From the NCBI GenBank assembly GCA_964016885.1, contig OZ024740.1:374728001-374792000 (forward strand): a stretch of 64,000 nucleotides of DNA, given 5' to 3'. The notes beneath the pieces were generated by a model. That model saw only the letters and a program-made list of their open reading frames with translations, had not been told where the DNA came from and ran no database searches. The position numbers were made by a program, and so were the translations under genes. Positions 1 to 12,576 of the stretch are shown in pieces (position 1 is the stretch's first letter; each line of letters starts with the position of its first letter). This DNA comes from Eledone cirrhosa (lineage: Eukaryota).

Positions 1-930
1 AATTGTGTTTTGAGGAGTCTCAAGAAGATTTTCCCGATAGGTGTTGCCACCTCGGCATTGTGGGGAGGATTGAACCATGTTACGTTGCGTGATACGCGGT
101 GTCGCCTGCTGGTTCCGCTAAGGGAAGCTGGATAAAAGGATATTTCATCTCGGAACCCACTCCGCTTGAGGGCCTGGTTGTGATGAGTCGCGTGTTCGTC
201 GAATATCTGCTCATTAGCGGACAAACGAGATATGCGGAGGGAGATGTTTTTAACCAGGTTATTGGTGATGATTCTAGGATGATTAGAGCGGCGGTGGATG
301 TAGTGCAGGTTGTCGTTTGGTTTCCTGTATGGGGAGTACAGATCAGTTTCGAGGTTAGGATAACGTTATGGAAATTGACTCGGGTTAGGGACGTTTGTAG
401 GTTTATTTTAAATCCCCAGTCCCGGAAGAAGTTGATTAGTTGTTTACGGACCCGGTCTCTACTACTGGGGTTGTACACTTTGAGGGTGAGGAGCCCATCA
501 TCCCGGCACAATCCACTGCCGAATGCAGGAACCATTTCGGTGAGTTTAAATAGTAGGAATAATCCTTTAAGATCTGTGACCTCGGCGCAATCTGTTGCGC
601 CCATGCTGAGGTCGAAGGGGGAGTCGGAAGCTCTCTTCATCCACTTGGAGTTGTGGAAAAATAGAACTGTCTTCCTGGCGTGGAGAATGATATTTCTTTC
701 GTGGTCAGTGATGGGCGTGAGTGTTTTTACAAAGTCCAAAGCTACCGTAAGGAGCGATAAGGTAATAGATGCATAGTAACTCTCTATGTCAAACTGGATG
801 AATTTTGTGTCTCGTTTGTCAACCATATTCCTGAACCTTGAGATTACTTCCTGGGTGCTGACCCATAAGCTAAGTCTCACGTTTTGCTTAACTTTTGGTT
901 AAACTCGGTCTAGGAACTTTTTACTGATTC
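1..930 (-). mobile_element. Penelope-like element RT fragment (decayed, runs off left edge of window)
   Basis: ORF 80-880 has PLE RT motifs FIQFDIESYYASI, MGATDCAEVTDL, GLCRDDGL (YRDD variant); frameshifted 3' part; homologous to the 52-54 kb ORF. Confidence 0.85.
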
Positions 931-964
931 TATATATACACTGTTAATATATACACTCTACCTA

Positions 965-974
965 TTTATATATT

Positions 975-1012
<38 letters not shown>

Positions 1013-1052
1013 CATGTGTGTGTGTGTGTGTGTGTATGTGTGTGTGTGTGTG

Positions 1053-1150
<98 letters not shown>

Positions 1151-1170
1151 TGTGTGAGTGTGTGTGTGTG
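965..1170. repeat. (TA)n/(TG)n microsatellite
   Basis: direct sequence. Confidence 0.95.
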
Positions 1171-1179
1171 TAGGTGTTT

Positions 1180-1295
1180 ATATTATCGACCTCGAAAGGA
1201 TGAAAGGCAAAGTTAACCTCTGCGAATTTGAACTCGGAACGCAAAGGGCCATAACTATGCTGCAAATCATAGTGTCTGACGCTCTACCGATTTCA
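1180..1295 (-). mobile_element. tRNA-derived SINE (partial)
   Basis: reverse complement contains B-box GAGTTCAAAT and core GAGGTTAACTTTGCCTTTCATCC..GGTCGATAA shared with several other copies in the window. Confidence 0.8.
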
Positions 1296-1314
1296 TATTA
1301 CCTACTCTAGGAAT

Positions 1315-1540
1315 CAGGACCCCGACGGCTGAGCTCTGGTCATTTCGACAGCTAGATACGAACTCTGTCGGATCTAGCTTTCGAAAGAGCCGGAGATCAG
1401 CAGTCGGGATGCTGACTCTTATTCTATATATAGGAAAAAGTTTGACCCCGACCGCAGAGCTCAAGCAGTTTCGACGGCTATTTATGGACTAAATTAGAAT
1501 GTATAACCTGGAGAATAAATAGCCGAACTTCTCACGGGGT
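1315..1540 (-). repeat. PLE pseudo-LTR-derived fold-back plus degenerate hammerhead
   Basis: imperfect palindrome ~1320-1410; minus strand 1446-1539 reads CCCC-[gtgagaa]-stem II-GAAAC tgc ttgagctct gcg GTC GGGG; related to 3020-3090 and 22910-23030. Confidence 0.55.
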
Positions 1541-2369
1541 ACTTCCTTATATGGGAAGATTGTAGTTGTCAAGACGATTGGTCAACATTTGTTGTAAACA
1601 CAAATAAGTCTATCATGGCATTTGGTGGGAGGTAGGTGTGGCTGAACTTGCCTGTAGAACAATGAGGGAGTGAGTGGAGCCGGTCAAGCGTTGAAAGTGA
1701 TATGTATACAGCAGATTCTAAGGATAGTGTATGAAGAGTTGAAAAATTGTTCTGGAGAAAGTGGAGGAGGGTTGTTATAGAATAGGAAATTCGAATGAGA
1801 GTAGGAGACAATAACAAATAATAGAAAGAAATATAAAAAATATATAAAATTAGATAGTGAGAAATGAATAAAAAAAAACAAAAGCAGTAGGGTCTAGAAA
1901 CAGCTGCTATGATTAGTAGGTGTTGCTTGTACGGCCAAAACTGTAGAATAGGTTAATAAGTTGAGAATGAAAAATACTAAATAAGAAATTGCAGAAGTGG
2001 GTAATGAACAAATATGAAGCAAACGTTTCAGGGGACTAACACAGCTGCTAAAAATAGTTAGTAAAACGTATTCCGCCAATGCTATCTTACAATTACGGGT
2101 TAATAAGTTGAGAATAGAAACAAATTTAGAAATTCTAGAAATGGAGTAGTAATAAAAATGATACAAAATTACAGGGGTATAACACATCTGCTATAAATAG
2201 TTAGTAAAGCATATTTGGTGGCCAATTCTATCTTAGAATTACAGGGGTGGGTGTACTGAGGTTACAGAGGCCCGATGGGCTGCATCGAGGTAGGCGAAAG
2301 GGGAAAAACAGACGAGGAACAAGTCGGGGGTGGAAGGAAATGATAGGATCTCCAAGATAATAATAGAAC

Positions 2370-2866
2370 CTACATTCTCACTTGGAGCTTACTGTTAAGA
2401 GCCAACACTTACACGGGTGGACGCCGTCCGTGTAACTTATGTCCGGAGGAAACATTTACACATGCTGTTCTCGAAGGAGCAACTCCTAAACAAGAAAGCC
2501 GAACTGGTAACCGCATGCAAACACAGATTGCGTAGCACTTACCTCGCCCTCAAACCCCATAGCGACCCGGGTGGGTACACAAGGGCTGATATCCCCCCCC
2601 CCCCACTTGCCGAATAAGTTAGGGGAAACCCCAGCTTACATAGGTAGATGTACCTCTTTTCTTTTCCTCTATATTTCCTTCTTCCCCTATCTCATCCTAT
2701 CACTTCCTTCCACTCCCGATCTTCTTCCTCGTCTTTTTTCCCCTTTCGGCTTCCCCGATGCAGACCATCGGGCCTCTCTGGCCTCAGTACACCCACAGAG
2801 TTTCAGAAGATCCCGTTAAGGGTGAAAACAGCGATTCTTTGCTCAAACTTTAATCTGTTATTTTAA

Positions 2867-2870
<4 letters not shown>
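2370..2870 (+). mobile_element. PLE GIY-YIG C-terminal fragment with 3' region
   Basis: CNLC and LLNKKAELVTACKHR match the PLE C-terminus (cf. CKLCNLE..LLNNRIE..CRHR in the 609-aa ORF); followed by hammerhead-like CAGAAGA-tccc gttaa gggt-GAAA at ~2803. Confidence 0.65.
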
Positions 2871-2925
<55 letters not shown>

Positions 2926-3120
2926 CGAAGGAATTGTGGTGAGGAAACAGATGGACCAAAACGCACCAGATTACTCAATACTTAGGGTAGTAGAGTAGGT
3001 AATAAGACAATGTCTAACCCCGACAGCAGAGCTCAAGACGTTTCGACGGCTATTTCTGGACAGAAACAGCTTGAGCTCTGCCGTCGTGGTCATACATTTT
3101 CCTATATATATATATATATA

Positions 3121-3558
3121 TGAGAGTATTGAAGTTTGCTTGAATCATTGTGGAATAATAAGATATATTTTCTTTAGGTCGTTTTGGAAGCCTCAACAAT
3201 GCAGATGGGTAATTCTCCGGGTAACGAGATCCGGTGGAGATATTCAAAACAACGAACAGCGGAGGACACATCTCGCACCTTTCCGACAGATAACCTTAAC
3301 CGCACCCCCACCCCCCCTCTCGGAAAAATAACACAGTTGATGGATGTGACTCCGAAATATATAGGGACAATGAAATCTCTCCCAAGGTAACTCTATCTCA
3401 TGTTATTATTTTTATTGTTTACGCTCTATCCTACGTTCTTCTACACACTATACATCTCATTCTACATTCACTTACATCTCTCTCTTCACCAGCGGATCTC
3501 GTTACCCGGAGAGTTACCCATCTGCAATGTTGAGGCTTCCAAAACGACCTAAAGAATA
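3121..3558. mobile_element. Non-autonomous PLE pseudo-LTR copy with inverted arms
   Basis: ~3171-3236 is inverted relative to ~3490-3556; homologous to the termini of the 35.7-38.5 kb PLE; flanked by (TA)n. Confidence 0.75.
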
Positions 3559-3581
3559 TATATATATATATATATATATAA

Positions 3582-3640
<59 letters not shown>

Positions 3641-5780
3641 TGTGTCTGTTTGTCTGCACCCCTGCACAAAGATATAGTCGTGTGGATCCCCGGACTATGA
3701 GTACGCATATCTCGTTAGTGTGTACATATGCGGAGACGCAGATATATGTTTGATGCGTGCATGTGACGGTGCGTCCGAAAGTGCATCTAATTCGTGTAAT
3801 ATGTATGCGAGCGCGTTGTGCCAGTACAGGCGTACAGTATAACCAGCATATACATTTCATAGTTCTTCCACGCGCAAATACAACTAGTAATGTATGTTCG
3901 TGTGGCTCCGTGCATCTTCTGTGTATGTGTGTGTGTGTGTGTGAGGTGGTGTACGAGTGTAATAATATTCATATTGATGCATGCATGGATGTGCGTGCAT
4001 ACGGGTAAGTCTCTGGGTGCGTGTGTATACACATGTATACTTATATTCCTTTTCATATTATTTCCACACAATATGCACTGCACCCATATCTTCCCTTTAC
4101 CCACAGTTTTTTAGCAACATTTTCTAAAAAAATCTTTACAGTCTTTTCAAACACTAATCTTATACCATAATTAATTATTTCATTAATTCTTTATAGTGCA
4201 AATCCTCTTTAACGGTGTCTAAACGGCTTACAATTAAGCCCCAACCCAACCTAGTATAACCTACTTACCTTATGTCTCCCTACTTCCTTTCCACTCAGTT
4301 TTCCGTGACAAACTTATGACCAGTAGAAACCCTCTTTGATGTGCCATCACGCAGATCCCTACCACATCCACATCCATATTACACCTCACACAGCACATCC
4401 GCATCACCAATATGTCTATAATAAGCCAAAACACCACATCCCCGCCACTCACATCCACCATCGTTCCTCACCACCACTTCGACTCTAAGCTCATCCACCC
4501 CACCTATGACACATGCCAAAACATTCCACATAGCTAAACCATCAATGAAACCAACATTAAACTGACCACCATATGAACACGAAAATTTACAGACATTTCT
4601 ATCCTTTATATATTCATTCTGTCATAACAACAGCAGAGGTCGGGCGAGCTTTTTATTCCAGTGTTGAAGTCTTAGACCCATACAGCAGCACCTTGTGGTG
4701 CAAAGTAGTGAGAAGATAACCAAGTTACTTGCAAACACGTATTGGACATTTTCTTTATTCACATCTGTTTTCTTGAAATGTGCGTATGTTTCACTTGATC
4801 CTTTCCTTGTTAGTTTTACATATATACGTTATAATAATGTTCGATCTTCACAATGTCTCCATTATCCCGCATTCGTGATAAATATGCCTCTATGTTGGAC
4901 TTTGTCAGATTTATTTTAATAACATTTATTTTGCTTTTTTTAAACCAGTTGATAATATAATTATAGATTATAAAGATTAGAGTATACATATCTATTACAA
5001 TATTTATTGTATGTAGCATCATTTCCGGTATGAATCGAATGTATCTACAAATGCCTTCCTAAATTTTGTTTCCTTTATTTCAGTTTTATGTCGTGTAAGT
5101 CATTAATTCTTAAATGTATATAACTCTGACTTCACTACAATTACGATATCTATTTCTTCTACAATCACATGATTTTGTAATGATACAATTCCGTCTCAAT
5201 TCCTCAAGTGTATCTGCAGAGTCTCTGGAATTGACTTTCTAGTTATTTATTACGTACAACATATACGTTAAAATCATTTATATAATCATGATGTCTGGTT
5301 GTTCTTCCAAATCATTTTTGTCTGTGTCATGTTGCGTTTAGTATGTTGATTAAATGTGTGCGCAAAATGTAGCAATTGAGTGGAGAGAGAAATGCATTTG
5401 GCATATTCTCTTCTAATAAAGATTAACTTTGTTTTTAATGTCTCTTGTTAGCAGTATTAGCAACATTCATATACCGCTTATTTCAGATGGTTTTGTTGTA
5501 TTTCGTATCTAACGTTTCCATATCCATGGGTCCAGAACACTATCGTATTTATTCAGCTAATTAATCTATGAGTTAATCAAACTTTAGGTCTCCTTCTACA
5601 ATTTTGGCTATATCATCGAGAAAAAATAATTGTATTTACGATCATACATGCCTGTAGTAAGAGCAGTTACTTCAGGCATTCACTTCTGCAGTAAGTGCGG
5701 TTACAGGGAAACTACACTGTTTGAGTATCGATCATTAGCATGGCGTATCCCGCGTTTCCCATTAGGCCATTTATTTGAGA

Positions 5781-7499
5781 CATCTTGTAACAATTTTCAT
5801 TTCTCTGTTCCTTGCTTGTAATCACTTTTTTGTGTTGCTTAGGTCCCAAATAAATTAAAAAGCGCTATTAAACTTTTAAAAGTTTGGGTTTGTAAAAATT
5901 CTAAGCTATTCACTAGAATTATTTGTATGCTGGATTTTATGTTGTATGTAAGTTTAATTTGCTTATGTTAAATGGTTCTTTTTTATATATGTTTCAGGTT
6001 AAATAAAAATTATAAAGTAAAGAGTAATACCTAAAGAAAATTATTAAAGTGCAATAAAGTATAACATTGTTAAAAAGTGGATTAAAGAGATTTATTGATA
6101 CTGAATTTTCGCACCCTGAATAAAGGTTAAGTTGTGTTTTAAACATTCTTCTACGGGATGAAGCAGTGGAACTTGGTGAAGGAGGAAGTGCAGATGACAG
6201 GAGAGATAAGTCGACACGAACCTATCTCAGGGTTTTACACTCTTAGGGATGGCCTCTGCTTCTGCCATGACGTGCCTGAACTGTTTCACGTTATTGGGTG
6301 CCGTTTGTGCCCAAGGAGTGGCGGCTATTTATAGACAGCTCCACCACAAGTTTGAACGTTGCCCTCCTCCACAATGGAAACAAGTTCCCGACACTGCCCC
6401 TAGATCATTCAGTCTGCCTGAAGTGTGAAAGTCCTCTTGGAAGCTCTGCAATACAATATTGCAATTGGGAAATCATTTGAGACTTCAAGATGGTGATTTC
6501 CTGCTGGACTCCAAGGAGGCTTTATTAAATTCCAATGCTTCCTCTGCCTTTGAGACAGCAGTGCCACCGCTGACCACTACAAAAGAAAGAACTGGGAGCA
6601 GCGAACAGAATTGGTAATTGGGACCCGGAACGTCATGTGGGAGCCACTGGTTGATCCCAGGATTGTGCTCATGCCGTCACTGCACATTACGTTGGGGTTG
6701 ATGAAGCAGTTTGTGAAGGCTCTCAACCAAGAATCATCCGCTATTAAGTACCTTCCTGAGTTCTTCCCCAAGTTATCTGAGGCCAAAATCAAAGGTGGAA
6801 TTTTTGTTGGACCTGAGATAAAGAAGGTGTTTGAGTCTACCGAGTTCTACAATAAGCTCAATAGGATTGAGAGAACAGCATGGAACTGTTTCAAGGCAGT
6901 TGTTAAGCGCTCTCTGGGCAACTACAGAGCTGAAAATTACCAGCAAATGGTGCAGGATCTGGTAAAGGCTTTTGGCGCCATGGGATGCAGGATGTCGCTT
7001 AAACTCCATATGCTCGACGTTCACCTGGAAGAATTCAAGGACAATATGGGCGCCTAGTCAGAAGAACAAGGCGAACGATTCCACCAAGATGTGAAAGAGA
7101 TAGAGCTGAGGTAACAGGGCCACTTTAATGAAAAGAATGATGGGGAACTATATCTGGGGGCTAGTGCGGGAATGCGACCTGGACTACAACCGCAAATCCA
7201 GGAAATCCAGTCATTTCTGACGTGTATAAGTTGCTTTATAAGTGTTATTTGTTTTTACTTGTTTGCTTTTGATAAGCCTTAATTATATTTGATAAGCTTT
7301 GATAATATTTAATTATATGAACTGATAAATTAAAAAAAATGTGTGTTTTCTTGAAAAATATGAAGATTTCGAAATATTAAACTCCTGACCACAAACCCAA
7401 ACTTCTGATTAAATAGTAGTGTTTTTTTTATAATAAATGGGATATACCAAACTATGAAATGACACTTAAAACCGGGGGAAAAAAATATGTTACACGGTG
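5781..7499 (+). mobile_element. Internally deleted Chapaev3-like (CMC/Transib-related) DNA transposon
   Basis: WRLFIDSS, LLHNGNKFP, LHITLGLMKQFVKAL, FPKLSEAKIKGGIFVGP, MSLKLHML, SEEQGERFHQD with stops and frameshifts; imperfect TIRs CATCTTGTAACA.. / ..TGTTACACGGTG sharing internal AAGTTTGGGTTTGT. Confidence 0.7.
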
Positions 7500-7534
7500 T
7501 AATCAGTGCGTTTTAAACTGGCCAATAAATATAT

Positions 7535-7660
7535 AAGGCGGCTACTATGAAGGCGCTTGCGTTAGTGGGTAAAACATTGGATTCGAAATAGTGAGTTCGA
7601 TTCCCGGACCGGACAATATATTATGCCCTTGAACAACAAACTTTATTTTACGTTGCTCTT
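7535..7660 (+). mobile_element. tRNA-derived SINE head (second family)
   Basis: A-box-like TAGTGGG and B-box GAGTTCGATTCCC followed by a non-tRNA body. Confidence 0.55.
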
Positions 7661-9308
7661 GCTGTCTGGTGTGGCGACATGTAGATAGCATCAACAATGG
7701 AGAGACCACAGGAAACATTGTTTATCGGGTCCGATTTGACAACTTCCATCGCACTCAGTAAGTGATTGGGGCCTGAGATCTTGTCGATGATCTATCGATC
7801 GATGTTTTATTCGGTTGCTGTTTTTGTCGCCATAAAAGTACACCAATTCCTTTTAATATCACTTTTAGAGACAAATAATGGGAGACAGGGTCTATTGACA
7901 ACGAATAATAACCGAAGCCTGCCAGCTGTGAAGTTCATATCATATATCAATTGCATCTATAGTACAGATCCAACATCTACAACATGCAACATTATTTTTA
8001 ACTAGGTGAATTCAGAGTATATTCGGAAAGATAAATCTGCACCATAGGAACTAATTATAAAAGCAGATTTTGGTGATACAACTCAAAAACTGATACTCAA
8101 TTACATATAACATAATTCGAAAATTTCCAAAATGATCTGTATATGACACATGTAATTTGACAGTATGTAGGAGGATGCTGTAATATTTCTCCCCAAATTA
8201 GAAAACCTAATGAGATAATGTTTAAAATAAAATGTTAATATACCTGAGATACGGCAGTGTCAGTAAACAAATTATACAGATGTTAAAGGAAAATTAGATT
8301 ACAAGAAGGTGAATTGTAGTACGAGTACATGATTGTAAATGTCGAAAAAGGAACCTGTTCGTTTAGAAAGGGAATATAGCATATTATACATGTCGGACAT
8401 CTATGTAAATAAATAAGTTAAGGTAACAAATGCAATTATTATGAAAGGTATGTTAATATTAATCTATAATTATAAGAGGAATGAAATTACATAATCATGT
8501 TCATATCTAACTTGCATGTCTAATCTGCACATGTATCTTGAAATGTTTAACTAGACATTAAATTATATCAAATATAAATGTAATTTTCATATAGACCGTA
8601 GAACAGTAAATTATGTTCTGTCGAGATAATTATTCTATTTAACCGTGCTTAAGGCGAGAGGTAAATCCTTCATCTATAAAATATTTACAACGAACAAAAT
8701 TGGTTTCACTGATATATCCCGGAACATGTTGTCAATTGTTCTTATATATAGATATGGAGGCTGTTGTGTGTGTGTGTGTGTTTGTACAGTGTTTCGAAGG
8801 AAAGTTTTTAGTAGAATGCTCCTCTGATTTGACATGCCTGTTGCTACTTTTGATGAAAAAAAAAACTTTAGAAATCGTGTTTCCGAAAGTGATTAACGAC
8901 AGTGATTGTCTAAACTTATCGTGTACATATTCCTGTTATTTGTGAGACTATCTCATGGCACATTACTATACAACTAATATTTTCCTTAATACTATCTGCT
9001 TTATTTCTTTATTTTGCTTTTTCTTTCCATTCTCTCTTTGGCTTATAGTCAACTAAGCCCGTACTTGGATTACTACCGCTGCCTACAAAACAGTATACCC
9101 TTTTCCCCAAATCATAACAGCCCTCCAAACCTATATTCCATTCACTTCGTCCTATGTCTACGTTTCCTTTACGTATTAAATCATACCATGTGCAACTTGT
9201 CGCTTTCTTTAGTCGTAAGCCGTTACGATTTATTCGTTTATTGTTTTCGATAGCCATAGGCATATATGGGACGAGGATGTGAGATTGGAACGGAAGAGGA
9301 AACTCACG

Positions 9309-9364
<56 letters not shown>

Positions 9365-9366
<2 letters not shown>

Positions 9367-12107
9367 TCTTGCTAGCTATTTTCAAACCTTAATTCCTAAC
9401 GTATTTTCAAACCCCAATCCCTAATTCTAACAAAAAAGCAAAATCCTTTCCTTCTTCCTTCTTCGAAGGCACGGGGCGGTCAAACGCCTAACACCCACAG
9501 CCATCATGTGGCCCCCTACCCTCGCACTCTCTCTCTCTCTCTCTCTCCCTATAAATATATGATAGGAATTCACTTCGCCAAATTTCATTTCTTTGCCTGC
9601 TGTCCAAACGAAATTCATGTAAACGTAATGTACAGACTTCATCTCTCTCTCTCTCTCTCCTAGCGTATTTTCAAAACAATCCACATTTCGTATTCAAGTC
9701 CAAATAGCCATTCTATCGCTAAAACAAACTACATTTTCTGTTTCTATTAAGTGCTAAATACGTTTAGGTTTTTGGACGTATTTAACTGAACAAATTTTGT
9801 ATTTTTGTTAATCGCTTATTACCTTCTTGCTAGCTATTTTCAAACCTTAATTCCTAACGTATTTTCAAACCCCAATCCCTAATTCTAACAAAAAAGCAAA
9901 ATCCTTTCCTTCTTCCTTCTTCGAAGGCACGGGGCGGTCAAACGCCTAACACCCACAGCCATCATGTGGCCCCCTACCCTCGCACTCTCTCTCTCTCTCT
10001 CTCTCCCTATAAATATATGATAGGAATTCACTTCGCCAAATTTCATTTCTTTGCCTGCTGTCCAAACGAAATTCATGTAAACGTAATGTACAGACTTCAT
10101 CTCTCTCTCTCTCTCTCCTAGCGTATTTTCAAAACAATCCACATTTCGTATTCAAGTCCAAATAGCCATTCTATCGCTAAAACAAACTACATTTTCTGTT
10201 TCTATTAAGTGCTAAATACGTTTAGGTTTTTGGACGTATTTAACTGAACAAATTTTGTATTTTTGTTAATCGTTTATTACCTTCTTGCTAGCTATTTTCA
10301 AACCTTAATTCCTAACGTATTTTCAAACCCCAATCCCTAATTCTAACAAAAAAGCAAAATCCTTTCCTTCTTCCTTCTTCGAAGGCACGGGGCGGTCAAA
10401 CGCCTAACACCCACAGCCATCATGTGGCCCCCTACCCTCGCACTCTCTCTCTCTCTCTCTCTCCCTATAAATATATGATAGGAATTCACTTCGCCAAATT
10501 TCATTTCTTTGCCTGCTGTCCAAACGAAATTCATGTAAACGTAATGTACAGACTTCATCTCTCTCTCTCTCTCTCCTAGCGTATTTTCAAAACAATCCAC
10601 ATTTCGTATTCAAGTCCAAATAGCCATTCTATCGCTAAAACAAACTACATTTTCTGTTTCTATTAAGTGCTAAATACGTTTAGGTTTTTGGACGTATTTA
10701 ACTGAACAAATTTTGTATTTTTGTTAATCGCTTATTACCTTCTTGCTAGCTATTTTCAAACCTTAATTCCTAACGTATTTTCAAACCCCAATCCCTAATT
10801 CTAACAAAAAAGCAAAATCCTTTCCTTCTTCCTTCTTCGAAGGCACGGGGCGGTCAAACGCCTAACACCCACAGCCATCATGTGGCCCCCTACCCTCGCA
10901 CTCTCTCTCTCTCTCTCTCTCCCTATAAATATATGATAGGAATTCACTTCGCCAAATTTCATTTCTTTGCCTGCTGTCCAAACGAAATTCATGTAAACGT
11001 AATGTACAGACTTCATCTCTCTCTCTCTCTCTCCTAGCGTATTTTCAAAACAATCCACATTTCGTATTCAAGTCCAAATAGCCATTCTATCGCTAAAACA
11101 AACTACATTTTCTGTTTCTATTAAGTGCTAAATACGTTTAGGTTTTTGGACGTATTTAACTGAACAAATTTTGTATTTTTGTTAATCGCTTATTACCTTC
11201 TTGCTAGCTATTTTCAAACCTTAATTCCTAACGTATTTTCAAACCCCAATCCCTAATTCTAACAAAAAAGCAAAATCCTTTCCTTCTTCCTTCTTCGAAG
11301 GCACGGGGCGGTCAAACGCCTAACACCCACAGCCATCATGTGGCCCCCTACCCTCGCACTCTCTCTCTCTCTCTCTCTCCCTATAAATATATGATAGGAA
11401 TTCACTTCGCCAAATTTCATTTCTTTGCCTGCTGTCCAAACGAAATTCATGTAAACGTAATGTACAGACTTCATCTCTCTCTCTCTCTCTCCTAGCGTAT
11501 TTTCAAAACAATCCACATTTCGTATTCAAGTCCAAATAGCCATTCTATCGCTAAAACAAACTACATTTTCTGTTTCTATTAAGTGCTAAATACGTTTAGG
11601 TTTTTGGACGTATTTAACTGAACAAATTTTGTATTTTTGTTAATCGCTTATTACCTTCTTGCTAGCTATTTTCAAACCTTAATTCCTAACGTATTTTCAA
11701 ACCCCAATCCCTAATTCTAACAAAAAAGCAAAATCCTTTCCTTCTTCCTTCTTCGAAGGCACGGGGCGGTCAAACGCCTAACACCCACAGCCATCATGTG
11801 GCCCCCTACCCTCGCACTCTCTCTCTCTCTCTCTCTCCCTATAAATATATGATAGGAATTCACTTCGCCAAATTTCATTTCTTTGCCTGCTGTCCAAACG
11901 AAATTCATGTAAACGTAATGTACATACTTCATCTCTCTCTCTCTCTCTCCTAGCGTATTTTCAAAACAATCCACATTTCGTATTCAAGTCCAAATAGCCA
12001 TTCTATCGCTAAAACAAACTACATTTTCTGTTTCTATTAAGTGCTAAATACGTTTAGGTTTTTGGACGTATTTAACTGAACAAATTTTGTATTTTTGTTA
12101 ATCGCTT
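9365..12107 (+). repeat. Tandem array of six 458-bp monomers
   Basis: units start at 9365, 9823, 10281, 10739, 11197 and 11655; only ~2 substitutions noticed; partial motif ATTACCTTCTTGCTAGCTA recurs at ~12134. Confidence 0.97.
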
Positions 12108-12189
12108 GTTAAATGCATAGACCCCTCTCAATCATTACCTTCTTGCTAGCTACCCAACACCCCTCCCTCCCACCCCCACACACCACCAT

Positions 12190-12270
12190 TGCTATTACGT
12201 GGACCAATCATAAAACAGAGCCCCCACGTATCACCAGTATTATTACGCGGACCAATCAGAAACCAGAGGC
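12190..12270 (+). promoter_or_regulatory. Duplicated CCAAT-box module in the LINE 5' region
   Basis: ATTACGTGGACCAATCA and ATTACGCGGACCAATCAG about 48 bp apart (NF-Y consensus RRCCAATCA). Confidence 0.45.
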
Positions 12271-12576
12271 CTATACTATCGCTTGCCTGGTTGCCTTTCG
12301 ATATACGATATATGATGGATGGATGGACTGCGGAATCCTGGAGAGTGGAGGTGAGAGAGAAAAATCTGGACGCTCAGCGACAATGCCAAAGATAGAGACA
12401 AATTCACCCCTTGGACGAGAATGCGAGCACTCCTCATTGTTTCGACCGCGGACGGCTAACATAACCCCATCGACCCCGCCCCTCACCGCCCCCAACCCCC
12501 AAACGCAATCCAAAACTTCAGAGTTGGTACCATAAATGTAGGCACCCTAAAGGGTCGCGCTAACGAGGTTGTAGAA

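Noticed and set aside
99-776. 225-aa plus-strand ORF and other ORFs antisense to RT or Helitron genes
   Set aside because: Shadow ORFs on the opposite strand of transposon coding sequence, with no motifs
9427-11974. Six repeated 85-aa minus-strand ORFs
   Set aside because: By-product of the tandem repeat; they include (GA)n-derived ERERE, start at a non-ATG codon and show no recognisable domain
9365-12107. CRISPR-like or spacer-containing array beside a reverse transcriptase
   Set aside because: Units are identical end to end with no variable spacers; the context is eukaryotic and no cas genes are present
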